Shown piece by piece: positions 1 to 14,649 of a stretch of DNA of 64,000 nt. Each line of letters begins with the position of its first letter. Within the stretch, counting starts at the first letter, position 1. Under the pieces are notes generated by a model that had not been told where the DNA came from, did not search any database, and saw only the letters and a program-made list of their open reading frames with translations. Position numbers and translations under genes: made by a program. The DNA comes from Eledone cirrhosa (taxonomy: Eukaryota), in NCBI GenBank assembly GCA_964016885.1, contig OZ024740.1, positions 29,202,001 to 29,266,000 of the forward strand, written 5' to 3'.

Positions 1-3000
1 ACACCATCAACAACACCAACAAAACCAACACCAACAACAGCAACAACACCAACAACACCAACAATACCAACAACAACACCAACAACACCAACAACACCAA
101 CACCAACAACAACACCAACAACAACAACACCAACAACACCAACAAGAACAACAACACCAACAACACCAACACTAACAACACCAACAACACAAACACCAAC
201 AACACCAACAACAACACCAACAACAACAACACCAACAACACCAACAACACCAACAACAACACCAACAACACCAACAACACCAACAGCACCAACAATACCA
301 ACAACAACACCAACAACACCAACACCAACAACACCAACAACACCAACAACACCAACAACACCAACATCCCAAACAACAACAACAACACCAACAACACCAA
401 CACCAACAACAACACCAACAACATCAACAAGAACAACAACACCAACAACACCAACACCAACAACACCAATAACAAAACCAACACCAACACCAACAACACC
501 AACAACACCAACAACACCAACACCAACAACACCAACAACACCAACACCAACAACACCAACAACACCAACAACACCAACACCAACATCCCAAACAACAACA
601 ACAACACCAACAACAACACCAACAACACCAACACCAACAAAACCAACAACAACACCAACACCAACAACAACACCAACAACAACAACACCAGCAACACCAA
701 CAACACCAACAACACCAACAACAACACCAACAACAACACCAACAACACAAACAACACCAACACCAACAACACCAACAACACCAACAACACCAACACCAAC
801 ATCCCAAACAACAACACCAACAACAACACCAACAACACCAACAACAACAACACCAACAACAACACCAAGAACACCAACACCAACAACAACAACAACAACA
901 ACACCAACAATACCAACACCAACAACACCAACAACAACAGCAACAACAACGACACCAACAACACCAACAACACCAACACCAACAACCCCAACAACACTAA
1001 CAACAACACCAATCACTCCAACACCAACAACATGAACACCAACACCGACAACAACAACAACAACACCAACAACACCAACAACACCAACAACAACACCAAC
1101 AACACCAACATTAACATCCCACACAACAACAACAACACCAACGACCACACCGACAACACCAACACCAACAACACCAACAACAACACCAACAACACCAACA
1201 CCAAAAACACCAACAACAACACCAACAACACCAACAAGAACAACAACACCAACAACACCAACACCAACAACACCAATAACAACCCCAACACCAACACCAA
1301 CGACACCAACAACACCAACACCTACACCAACAACAACAACACCAACAACAAAAACACCAACAACACCAAAAACACCAACAACAACACCAACAACACCAAT
1401 ACGAACAACACCAGCAGCAACACCAACACCAACACCAACAACACCAACAACAAGAACACCAACAACACCAACAATACCAACAACACCAACAACACCAATA
1501 CGAACAACACCAACAGCAACACCAACAACAACACCAACAACACCAACAACAACAACACCAACAACACCAACAACACCAACAACAACACCAACAACACCAA
1601 CAACACCAACAGCACCTACAATACCAACAACAACACCAACACCAACAACACCAACAACACCGACAACACCAACAACACCAACAACACCAACAACAACACC
1701 AACAACAACACCAACAACACAAACAACACCAACACCAACAACACCAACAACACCAACAACACCAACACCAACATCCCAAACAACAACACCAACAACAACA
1801 CCAACAACACCAACAACAACAACACCAACAACAACACCAACAACACCAACACCAACAACAACAACAACAACACCAACAATACCAACACCAACAACACCAA
1901 CAACAACAGCAACAACAACGACACCAACAACACCAACAACACCAACACCAACAACCCCAACAACACTAACAACAACACCAATAACTCCAACATCGACAAC
2001 ATGAACACCAACACCGACAACAACAACAACAACACCAACAACACCAACAACACCAACAACAACACCAACAACACCAACACCAACATCCCACACAACAACA
2101 ACAACACCAACGACCACACCAACAACACCAACACCAACAACACCAACAACAACACCAACAACACCAACACCAAAAACACCAACAACAACACCAACAACAC
2201 CAACAAGAACAACAACACCAACAACACCAACACCAACAACACCAACAACAACACCAACAACAACACCAACAACACAAACAACACCAACACCAACAACACC
2301 AACAACACCAACACCAACATCCCAAACAACAACACCAACAACAACACCAACAACACCACCAACAACAACACGAACAACAACACCAACAACACCAACACCA
2401 ACAACAACAACAACAACACCAACAATACCACCACCAACAACACCAACAACAACAGCAACAACAACGACACCAACAACACCAACAACACCAACACCAACAA
2501 CCCCAACAACACTAACAACAACACCAATAACTCCAACACCAACAACATGAACACCGACAACAACAACAACAACACCAACAACACCAACAACACCAACAAC
2601 AACACCAACAACATGAACACCAACACCGACAACAACAACAACAACACCAACAACACCAACAACACCAACAACAACACCAACAACACGAACACCAACATCC
2701 CACACAACAACAACAACACCAACGACAACACCAACAACACCAACACCAACATCCCACGCAACAACAACAACACCAACGACCACACCAACAACACCAACAC
2801 CAACAACACCAACAACAACACCAACAACACCAACGCCAAAAACACCAACAACAACACCAACAACACCAACAAGAACAACAACACCAACAACACCAACACC
2901 AACAACACCAATAACAACCCCAACACCAACACCAACGACACCAACAACCCCAACACCAACACCAACGACACCAACAACACCAACACCTACACCAACAACA

Positions 3001-6000
3001 ACAACACCAACAACAAAAACACCAACAACACCAAAAACACCAACAACAACACCAACAACACCAATACGAACAACACCAGCAGCAACACCAACACCAACAC
3101 CAACAACACCAACAACAAGAACACCAACAACACCAACAATAACAACAACACCAACAACACCAATACGAACAACACCAACAGCAACACCAACACCAACACC
3201 AACAACACCAACAACAACAACACCAACAACACCAACAACACCAACAACAACACCAACAACACCAACAACACCAACTGCACCTACAATACCAACAACAACA
3301 CCAACACCAACAACACCAACAACACCAACAACACCAACACCACCAACAACACCAACAACACCAACAACAACAACAACAACAACACCAACAACACAAACAA
3401 CACCAACACCAACAACACCAACAACACCAACAACACCAACACCAACATCCCAAACAACAACACCAACAACAACACCAACAACACCAACAACAACAACACC
3501 AACAACAACACCAACAACACCAACACCAACAACAACAACAACAACACCAACAATACCAACACCAACAACACCAACAACAACAGCAACAACAACGACACCA
3601 ACAACACCAACAACACCAACACCAACAACCCCAACAACACTAACAACAACACCAATAACTCAAACACCAACAACACCAACAACAACACCAACAACACCAA
3701 CACCAACATCCCACACAACAACAACAACACCAACGACCACACCAACAACACCAACACCAACAACACCAACAACAACACCAACAACACCAACACCAAAAAC
3801 ACCAACAACAACACCAACAACACCAACAAGAACAACAACACCAACAACACCATCACCAACAACACCAATAACAACCCCAACACCAAGACCAACGACACCA
3901 ACAACACCAACACCTACACCAACAACAACAACACCAACAACAAGAACACCAACAACACCAACAATACCAACAACACCAACAACACCAATACGAACAACAC
4001 CAACAGCAACACCAACACCAACACCAACAACACCAACAACAACAACACCAACAACACCAACAACACCAACAACAACACCAACAACACCAACAACACCAAC
4101 AGCACCTACTATACCAACAACAACACCAACACCAGCAACACCAACAACACCAACAACACCAACAACACCAACAACACCAACATCCCAAACAACAACAACA
4201 ACACCAACAACACCAACACCAACAACAACACCAACAACAACAACACGAACAACACCAACAACACCAACAACACCAACAACAACACCAACAACACCAACAC
4301 CAACACCCCACACAATAACAACAACACCAACGACAACACCAACAACACCAACACCAACATCCCACGCAACAACAACAACACCAACGACAACACCAACAAC
4401 ACCAACACCAACAACACCAACAACAACACCAACAACACCAACACCAAAAACACCAACAACAACACCAACAACACCAACAACACCAACAACACCAACAACA
4501 CCGACAACACCAACACGAACAACACCAAAAACAACACCAACAACAGCAACACCAACAACACCAACAATACCAACAACAACACCAACAACACCAACAACAC
4601 CAACACCAACAACGCCAACAACACCAACACCAACAACCCCAACAACACCAACAACACCAACAACACCAACAACACCAACACTAACAACACCAACAACACC
4701 AACAACACCAACACCAACATCCCAAACAACAACACCAACAACAACACCAACAACAACAACACCACCAACACCAACAACAACACCAACAACACCAATACGA
4801 ACAACACCAGCAGCAACACCAACACCAACACCAACAACACGAACAACAAGAACACCAACAACACCAACAATACCAACAACACCAACAACACCAATACGAA
4901 CAACACCAACAGCAACACCAACACCAACAACACCAACAAGAACAACACCAACAACACCAACAACACCATCAACAACACCAACAACACCAACAACACCTAC
5001 AATACCAACAACAACACCAACACCAACAACACCAACAACACCAACAACACCAACAACACCAACAACACCAACAACACCAACATCCCAAACAACAACAACA
5101 ACACCAACAACACCAACACCAACAACAACACCAACAACAACAACACCAACAACACCAACAACACCAACAACACCAACAACAACACCAACAACACCAACAC
5201 CAACACCCCACACAACAACAACAACACCAACGACAACACCAACAACACCAACACCAACATCCCACACAACAACAACAACACCAACGACAACACCAACAAC
5301 ACCAACACCAACAACACCAACAACAACACCAACAACACCAACACCAAAAACACCAGCAGCAACACCAACAACACCAACAACACCAACAACACCAACAACA
5401 CCAACACGAACAACACCAACAACAACACCAACAACAGCAACACCAACAACACCAACAACACCAACAACAACACCAACAACACCAACAACACCAACACCAA
5501 CAACGCCAACAACACCAACACCAACAACCCCAACAACACCAACAACACCAACAACACCAACAACACCAACACTAACAACACCAACAACACCAACAGCAAC
5601 ACCAACACCACCAACTACGCCAACACCAACAACACCAACAACACCAACACCAACATCCCAAACAACAACAACAACACCAACAACAACACCAACAACACCA
5701 ACACCAACAGCAACACCAACAACAACACCAACAACACCAACACCAACAACACCAACACCAACAACAACAACAACACCAACAACACCAACAACAACAGCAA
5801 CAACAACGACACCAACAACACCAACAACACCAACACCAACACCGACAACAACAACAACAACACCAACAACACCAACAACACCAACAACAACACCAACAAC
5901 ACCAACACCAACATCCCACACGACAACAACAACACCAACGACCACAACAACAACACCAACACCAACAACACCAACAACAACACCAACAACACCAACACCA

Positions 6001-9000
6001 AAAACACCAACAACAACACCAACAACACCAACAAGAACAACAACACCAACAACACCAACACCAACAACACCACCAACACCAACAACAACACCAACACCAA
6101 CAACATCAACAACACCAACACCAACAACACCAACAACTACACCAACAACAAAAACACCAACAACACCAACAACACCAACAACAACACCAACAACACCAAC
6201 AACAACACCAACACCAACACCAACAACACCAACAACACCAACAACACCAACACCAACACCAACAACACCAACCCCAACAACACCACCAACACCAACAACA
6301 ACACCAACACCAACAACACCAACAACACAAACACCAACAACACCAACAACAACACCAACAACAACAACACCAACAACACCAACAACACCAACAACAACAC
6401 CAACAACACCAACAACACCAACAGCACCAACAATACCAACAACAACACCAACAACACCAACACCAACAACACCAACAACACCAACAACACCAACAACACC
6501 AACATCCCAAACAACAACAAGAACACCAACAACACCAACACCAACAACCACACCAACTACATCAACAAGAACAACAACACCAACAACACCAACACCAACA
6601 ACACCAATAACAAAACCAACACCAACACCAACAACACCAACAACACCAACAACACCAACACCTACACCAACAACAACAACACCAACAACACCAACAACAC
6701 CAACACCAACAACACCAACAACACCAACACCAACAACACCAACAACACCAACAACACCAACACCAACATCCCAAACAACAACAACAACACCAACAACAAC
6801 ACCAATAACACCAACACCAACAAAACCAACAACAACACCAACACCAACAACAACACCAACAACAACAACACCAGCAACACCAACAACACCAACAACACCA
6901 ACAACAACACCAACAACAACACCAACAACACAAACAACACCAACACCAACAACACCAACAACACCAACAACACCAACACCAACATCCCAAACAACAACAA
7001 CAACACCAACAACAACACCAACAACACCAACACCAACAACAACACCAACAACAACACCAACAACACCAACACTAACACCACCAACAACAATAACACCAAC
7101 AACACCAACAACACCAACAACACCACACCTACACCAACAACACCAACAACACCAACACCAACAACACCAACAACACCAACAACACCAACAACACCAACAA
7201 CGCCAACAACAACGCCAACACCAACAACAACAACAACACCAACAACACCAACAACACCAACAACACCAACAACACCAACACCAACATCTCACACAACAAC
7301 AACACCAACAACACCAACAACAACGCCAACACCAACAACACCAACAACACCAACAACAACACCAACAACAACAACACCAACAACACCAACAATACCAACA
7401 GCACCAACAACACCAACAACAACACCAACAACACCAACACCAACAACGCCAACAACACCAACAACACCAACACCAACATCCCAAACAACAACAACACCAA
7501 AAACAACACCAACAACACCACCACCAACAACACCAACAAATGGACAAACAACAACAACACCAACAACACCAACAACACCAACAACACCAACAACAACACC
7601 AACAACAACAACCCCAACAACACCAACAACACCAACAACACCAACAGCACGAACAACACCAACACCAACAACACGAACAACACGAACAACACCAACAACA
7701 CCAACACCAACATCCCAATCAACAACAACAACACCAACAACAACACCAACAACACCACCAACAACACCAACACTAACAACACCAACACCAACAACAACAA
7801 CAACACCAACAACATCAACAACACCAACAACAACAACACCAACAACACCAACAACAACACCAGCAACACCAACACCAACAACACCAACAACAACACCAAC
7901 AACACCAACACTAACAACACCAACACCAACAACAACAACAACACCAACGGCATCAACAACAATCAACAGCTACACCAACAACACCAACAACACCAACAAC
8001 AACACCAACACGAAAAACACCAACAGCACCAACAACACCAACAACACCAACACCAAGACCAACAACACCAACAACACCAACAACACCAACAACACCAACA
8101 ACACCACCAACAACAACACCAACAACACCAACAACAACACCAACAACACCAACAACACCAACAACGCCAACAACAACACCAATAACACCAACAACAAAAC
8201 CAACAACACCAACAAACACCAACAACACCAACAACACCAACACCAATAACCCCAACAACACCAACAAAACCAACAACACCAACACCAACATCCCAAACAT
8301 CAACAACACTAACAACACCAACACCAACAACACCAACAACAACACCAACAACAACAACACCAACAACACCAACAACACCAACAACACTAACAACACCAAC
8401 ACCAACAACACCAATAACAACACCAACACCAACACCAGCAACACCAACACCAACAACACCAACAACAACACCAACAACACCAACAGCACCAACAGCACCA
8501 ACAACACCAACAACAACTCCAACAACACCAACACCAACAACACCAACAACACCAACAACACCAACACCAACACCAACATCCCAAACAACAACAACACCAA
8601 CAACACCAACACCAAAAACAACACCAACAACAACAACACCAACAACACCAACAACACCAACAACACCAACAACACCAACAACACCAACACCAACATCCCA
8701 CACAACAACAACACCAACAACAACACCAACAACACCAACAACACCAACACCAACAACACCAACAACAACACAAACAACACCAACACCAACAACACCAACA
8801 ACACCAACAACACCAACAACACCAACACCAACAACACCAACAACAACACCAACAACAACAACACCAACAACACCAACAACACCAACAACAACACCAACAA
8901 CACCAACAACACCAACACCAACAACACCAACAACACCAACAACACCAACACCAACAACCCCAACAACACCAACAACACCAACAACACCAACACTAACAAC

Positions 9001-9793
9001 ACCAACAACACCAACAACACCAACACCAACATCCCAAACAACAACAACAACAACACCAACAACAACACCAACAACACCAACACCAACAACACCAACATCA
9101 ACACCAACACCAACAACACCAACAACAACAACACCAACAGCACCAACAACACCAACAAAAACAACAACACCAACAACAACACCAACAACACCAACACCAA
9201 CAACACCAACAACACCAACACTTCATCCCATACAACAACAACATCGCCAACAACAACACCAACAACACCAACACCAACAACACCAACAACAGCACCAACA
9301 ACAACAACACCAACAACACCAACAACACCAACAACAACAACAACACCAACAACACCAACACCCCACACAACAACAACAACACCAACAACAACACTAACAA
9401 CACCAACACCAACAACAACAACACCAACAACACGAACAACACCAACACCAACATCCCAAACAACAACAACACCAACAACAACTCCAACAACACCAACACC
9501 AACAACACCAACAACAACACCACCAACACCAACAACAACAACACCAACAACACCAACATCCCAAACAACAACACCAACAACACCAACACCAACACCAACA
9601 ACACCAAAAACACCAACATCCCAAACAACACCAACACCAACAACACCAACAACACTAACACCAACAACCCAAACAACAACACCAACAACAACACCAACAA
9701 CACTAACAACACCAACAACACCAACACCAACAACACCAACACCAACATCTCAAAAAACACCAACAACAAGACCAACACCACCAACAACAACAA
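1..9793. repeat. Low-complexity (AAC/ACC)n triplet satellite with internal block duplications
   Basis: Almost entirely AAC and ACC triplets, nearly free of G and T on the + strand. Rare marker words (aacatcccaaac, catgaacacc, agcacctac, aatacgaac) recur in the same order in several blocks. Runs off the left edge of the window. Confidence 0.97.
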
Positions 9794-9849
9794 CTATGAG
9801 CACAACGAGAGATGTGACATCGACAGCACACATGATAAATGAGTGCTTA

Positions 9850-10225
9850 GAAGGAATGTGTGTATATATATGTATGTGTATGTATGGCCATGTATGTATG
9901 TGTTTGTCAATTTCCGTGTATATGTGAGTAACTGTGAGGTTTGTGTGTGTATGTGTATATGTTTATGTGTGTAAGTGTGTGTGTGTTTTTCAAATTCCAT
10001 GTATATGTGAGTAACTGTGTGGCTTGTGTGTATATGTGTATATAATTCTGTGTTGTTTTTGTGTATGTGAAACAGAAAATGTATGAATCCGTGCTTCTGT
10101 TTGCATGTGTGTATGTGTGTACGTGTGTGTGTGTATGTGTATGTGTGTATGTTTGTATGTGTATGTGTGTATGTTTGTGTGTCTATGTGTATGTGTGTAT
10201 TTTTGTGTGTGTATGTGTGTGTGTT
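9850..10225. repeat. (TG)n/(TATG)n degenerate microsatellite
   Basis: tgtgtatgtgtg pattern seen directly. Confidence 0.9.
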
Positions 10226-10292
10226 TGCTGAAATAATTTCTCATTCCCTCCAGTTAACCAAAGAATGGTAAGAGGGGACGTGTAGGGAAAGG

Positions 10293-10730
10293 GTGATGGT
10301 GGTGGGGGGAGGGGGTAGAGGTGGTGACGGTGGTGGTGGTGACGGTGGTGGTGGTGGTGGTGGTGGTGGTGGTAGAGGTTGTGGTGGTGGTGGTAGTGGT
10401 GGTGTGGTGGTGATAGTGGTAGTGGTGGTTGCAGTGGTGATGATGTTGGTAGTCGTAGTGGTAGTGGTGGTGGTGGTAGTAGAGGTGGTGGTAGTGGAGG
10501 TGGTGTGGTCGTGATGGTGGCGGTGGTGGTAGTGTGGTGGTAGTGGTGGTGGTGGTGGTGTTGGTGGTAGTGGTGGTGGTGGTGGTAGTGGTGGTGGTAG
10601 TGGTGTTGTGGTTGTGGTGGTGGTGTTGGTAGTGGTGGTGGTAGTGGTAGTGGTGGTGTTGGTAGTGATGGTGGTGCTGGTAGTGGTGGTGGTGATGGTA
10701 GTGGTGGTGGTGGTGGTGGTGGTGGTGATG
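10293..10730. repeat. (GGT/AGT)n microsatellite
   Basis: Seen directly. Confidence 0.95.
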
Positions 10731-10794
10731 TTCGATAAACGGATGGACGGGCAAACGAAGGGAGTTTGTGTGTTTACTGGAGTGACATCGAAAA

Positions 10795-11130
10795 AGAGAG
10801 AGAGGGGGGATAAATAGAGGGTAGGAGAGAAGGAGAGGGAGAGAGAGACAAAGAGAGAGAGAGGGTAGGAGACAAGGAGAGGGAGAGAGAGACAAAGAGA
10901 GAGAGAGGGTAGGAGACAAGGAGAGGGAGAGAGAGACAAATAGAGAGAGAGGGTAGGAGAGAAGGAGGGGGAGAGAGAGGGGGAAATAAGAGGGAGAGAG
11001 AGAGACAAATAGAGAGAGAGGGAAGGAGATAAAGAGAAGGAGAGAGAGACAAAGAGAGAGAGAGGGAAGGAGAAAAGGAGAGAAGGGGTGAGAGAGAGAA
11101 TGGGAGCTGAAGAAACAGAGAAAACACTAG
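10795..11130. repeat. GA-rich polypurine minisatellite (~42-bp unit gagagagagggtaggagacaaggagagggagagagagacaaa)
   Basis: About six degenerate tandem units seen directly. Confidence 0.85.
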
Positions 11131-11330
11131 AAGATTGGGTAGAAGGTAATATATGAAAGGGGGTGGGTGAGGGCGGGGCAGAGGAGAGAACAGAGAAAAA
11201 AAGTAGTGAGTGTAAGGATTAGAGGGAACTTAATATAGAAGGGGGTGATCAGAGAAAGAGGGGGAAGGAGAGTGCCAGAAAAAGATAGAGAGAGAGAAAA
11301 GAATGATAGAAAGATAGATAGATAGACAGA

Positions 11331-11418
11331 TTTCTATTTATTGCCACGAAGGCGCAAAAGAAGGGGACAAATACAGGGGGGGGGGTGTACACAAAAAGGC
11401 GAGTAAAGAAAACAAATA
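11331..11418 (-). mobile_element. Tx1-group LINE, ~90-bp 5'-truncated 3' end (copy A0)
   Basis: tttctatttattgccacgaaggcgcaaaagaaggggacaaatac matches the 3' termini of the four longer copies. GATA runs on both sides (11312-11330, 11419-11430). Confidence 0.75.
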
Positions 11419-11659
11419 AGATAGATAGATGAATTTCTTTATTAGCCACAAGGGCACAAAAGAAAGGGACAAATACAAATGGGGAGTTTACATACAGGTA
11501 TATGAAAATAAAACTATTAATAGAATAACAGATAAGAATTGAAATCCCCAATAGGGGGGAGGTGTTATACAGGGGTTGTACACACCCCGAAAAAATGTAC
11601 AGCCCTCATCTCCAGGAGCACCAAGAGTGAGTACTCCCTTGCTCTCTTCCTCTTTTTCC

Positions 11660-14617
11660 TCAACCTACAGGCTTATATAAGACAGAACGCGCAACCACTC
11701 GGGCCATCTTTGCCACATTCACCCATCTTTTATAACATTTGCTGGGGTACACCATCTCTCTCTCCATTCTGATTCTTCTTCCAAAATGATATTTGAAAAA
11801 ACGAGTCAGTTGCTCGCCGGAGAGAAAGGTGTCTGACCTCAGCCCTTTTAACCTCGTCCACCATATAACCTCTTTCACCATAGCCATAATACATAGGAAA
11901 ACCGCCTCTCCCTCGTTTTTGAAGGAGGGTGGCGGTTTAATCATGACAATGGACTGCAGCTCGGTCAGCGAGACGAGTCGTGGGAAGGCTCGCCTCACGA
12001 ACGGGGCCCACACCGGTTGTCTAGTGAGGAATACGTGGAGTTGCCGCAGCCTGAGCGCGTGTTTGCGCACGTCAGCCACGGCATCCCCATCCCTCCGTTT
12101 GAAGGGTGTTGGCAGCAACTGGATCTTCTCACCAAAGGAGCCCGTTTCTTCCAAAGGAATTGAAAGAGCGCACACTCCATTTTGGTGAGCGTTTTGACTG
12201 GACAAGGCACAACGGTCAAGCGGTAGTAGATGACGGACGCTATAAAAATGTTCGCCACCTCCGCTCGACCTTTCAAGGATAGTTTGCACTCGGCCCACTT
12301 CTGGGTGAGCGCAAACACCTTGGTTCACCTGGTTCCAGTTCTTCTCCACCTGGAGGTCAGGACCAAACCAGACCCCGGGCAGTTTTACCGGTCCTTCCGT
12401 CCAGCGTCCGACGACGTCATCGGAAGACATCGGTTTGCCTCTCCACGTTCCGAGATGCAAACCGACGGATTTGTCCCGGTTCAGCTTCGCCCCTGTGAAC
12501 CTTTGGTATTCCTCCAGTAAGGTGCAGAGCTCCTCGATTTGCGAGGTGCTCGACACCATTAGTGTCACGTCGTCGGCGTAGGCCGACTCCGCTTTTCGCA
12601 GTCCTGGTTCCAAAGGGATGCCCTGCAATAGCTCCAACTTCCGCAGTAGTGGTTCGAGAGTCAGAACGTACAGAAGAGAGGAGAGAGGGCATCCCTGTTG
12701 GATGGATCGCGTGATATGGAACGGCTCCGAGAGGTAGCCGTTCACCTTGACCCTTGAGCAGATGTTGCTGCTGTGCATTGCAGCAATCCAGCCCCTGAAC
12801 ACGGGACGGAAGCCTTCCGCCTTGAGCACCGCATCCAGGTAACGATGGTCAACCCTATCGAATCACTTAGACTGATCAAAGTTAATCAGGGCCCCACCGA
12901 AGCCGGGTTTACACCCTACCCTCATATGATGTATCGCATGAGATGGAGGTTGTCGTGTGTGGACCTGGTCGGGATTGCGCATATCTGCGCTTCTCCCACC
13001 AGGTTTTCGACGACAAGCGCCAGCCTCTTTGCCAACACCTTGGCCAAAATCTGTAACTCTGTGTTTAGCAGAGTTATGGGCCGGAAGTTGCCTATGTCAT
13101 CCTCCTTGTTCTCGTCCTTCCTGACTAACGTGATTACGCCCTTGGTCACAGGACTGGGAATTCTCCCGTTCTGCTGCCAGTTGCAGAAGAATGGAGAACA
13201 AGTCCGGCATTGCTACGTAAAATTCGTAGGGTAGACCGTCGAGACCTGGAGATTTGCGTTTGCCGCATTGGCTCAGTGCGTCCCCTATCTCAGCGGCCGA
13301 AATCAGCCTTTCGCAGAACTTCACCTCGCTGTCCGAGAGTCGCGGTAGGCCGTCGAGGTATGGACCGAAATCCATAGCCCCTCCTGGCGCGCCGCCTGCC
13401 CGAACAGTTGAGCAAAGTGCCGCTGAAAGGGCGCGCACATCTGCTTCGGTTCACGTATAACGCGTCCGTCTTGGTCCTTCAACGACCGAATCGTGGACTT
13501 GTTGCCAGTTTTCGCCTCCGTCACACGGGCCCAGCTAACAGCTTTGGCTCCCTCGTTTCCCAGAGCACGTATTTTGCTTCTGACAACGCAGCCTTCATGT
13601 TTTGCGTCGAAGAACTGGTCCAAGGCCGTCCTCGTCGCTAATACGCTGGCTACGTTGCCACTCCTAAGTGCCTCTTCTACTTTATCTACCAGTTCCTTTT
13701 CGGTCTTATTTCTATCTAACACTAATTCTTTACTTAAACCTATCGAGTCTAATCTAACTGCCATCTTGAGAGAGTACCACCATCTGTTGTTGACAATGGC
13801 CCCCGTCAATTGCTGCTTAACTAAAGTGCTAATCCGTCTAATGTAGGCTTTGCATGTCGGTAACGACAAGTTCAGCTTCCAGTAGCCGGGTCCCTATCTA
13901 TGGGTTTTGTCAAGGTTGACTTAGCAGGTCACTAATTTGTGATCTGAATAGGCAATCATGAACATTTCTGGACAGCTTAACATCTCCCTATCCTTCTTTC
14001 TAACTAGAACCCTATCTAGGTACGATCTAGATGTTCCGCTACGATTAGTCCACCTCCACAGTGGCACAGTCGGAAAATCTAGTCGATATCTATCGGCCAG
14101 GTCAAATCGGCCGATTAACTGTTTGAGGGTGTTACAGACCCCTCTATCGGGACATGCTCCCACATAGTCCCAACATGCATCTAGGATTCTATTCCAGTCC
14201 CCTACTAACAGCAGGGAGCGAGCCGTTCCCAGAAAAGTCTCTAGACGTTTGAAGAAGTCTGGCCGCGGTGTCCGGATGGGGCATATGCGGCCACCAGCCT
14301 GAAGGCTCCACCTTCACTACCGTTAACGTCTAGGACCACCAGTCGATATTCGGGTCCAGATGTACCGTCTGTGTTACGACGTCCAGGTGTTTCCGCAGCA
14401 AAACGGCAACCCCACCCCCACCTCCCGGCTGACAGAGAGATGCGTAGATCTCAAAGTCGTCGAAGATGGGGGCCCGTTGTCGCTCGCTGTGGATCCTGGA
14501 CTCGCAAATGGCTCTTACATCCATACTGTACGACCTGAAGTCGTTTAAGCGTTTGCCCTGTTTCAAGGGCATCCCCAGGCCGCGTGCGTTCACACATCCA
14601 ACTCCTATATTGGCCAT
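11660..14617 (-). pseudogene. Tx1 ORF2 (APE endonuclease + reverse transcriptase), frameshifted, C-terminal zinc knuckle deleted
   Basis: MANIGVGCVNARGL, SYLDRVLV and YSDHKLV (APE). KSPGLDGLPYEFY, NFRPITLLNTE, QGCPLSSLLYVL and AYADDVT (L1/Tx1 RT). Confidence 0.95.
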
Positions 14618-14649
14618 GTTGGTTCTGAAAAGTTAAAAGAAGAGGAAAA

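Noticed and set aside
1032-8249. 2405-aa Asn/Thr-rich ORF (mucin- or ice-nucleation-like) and its antisense Cys/Trp, Val/Gly and Leu/Val ORFs
   Set aside because: The strand has almost no T, so stops cannot occur. No signal peptide, domain, codon variety or splice context. The start ATG is itself a repeated marker word.
10731-10795. Short unique island between (GGT)n and GA repeats as a possible exon
   Set aside because: Too short, with no recognisable motif or supported splice sites.
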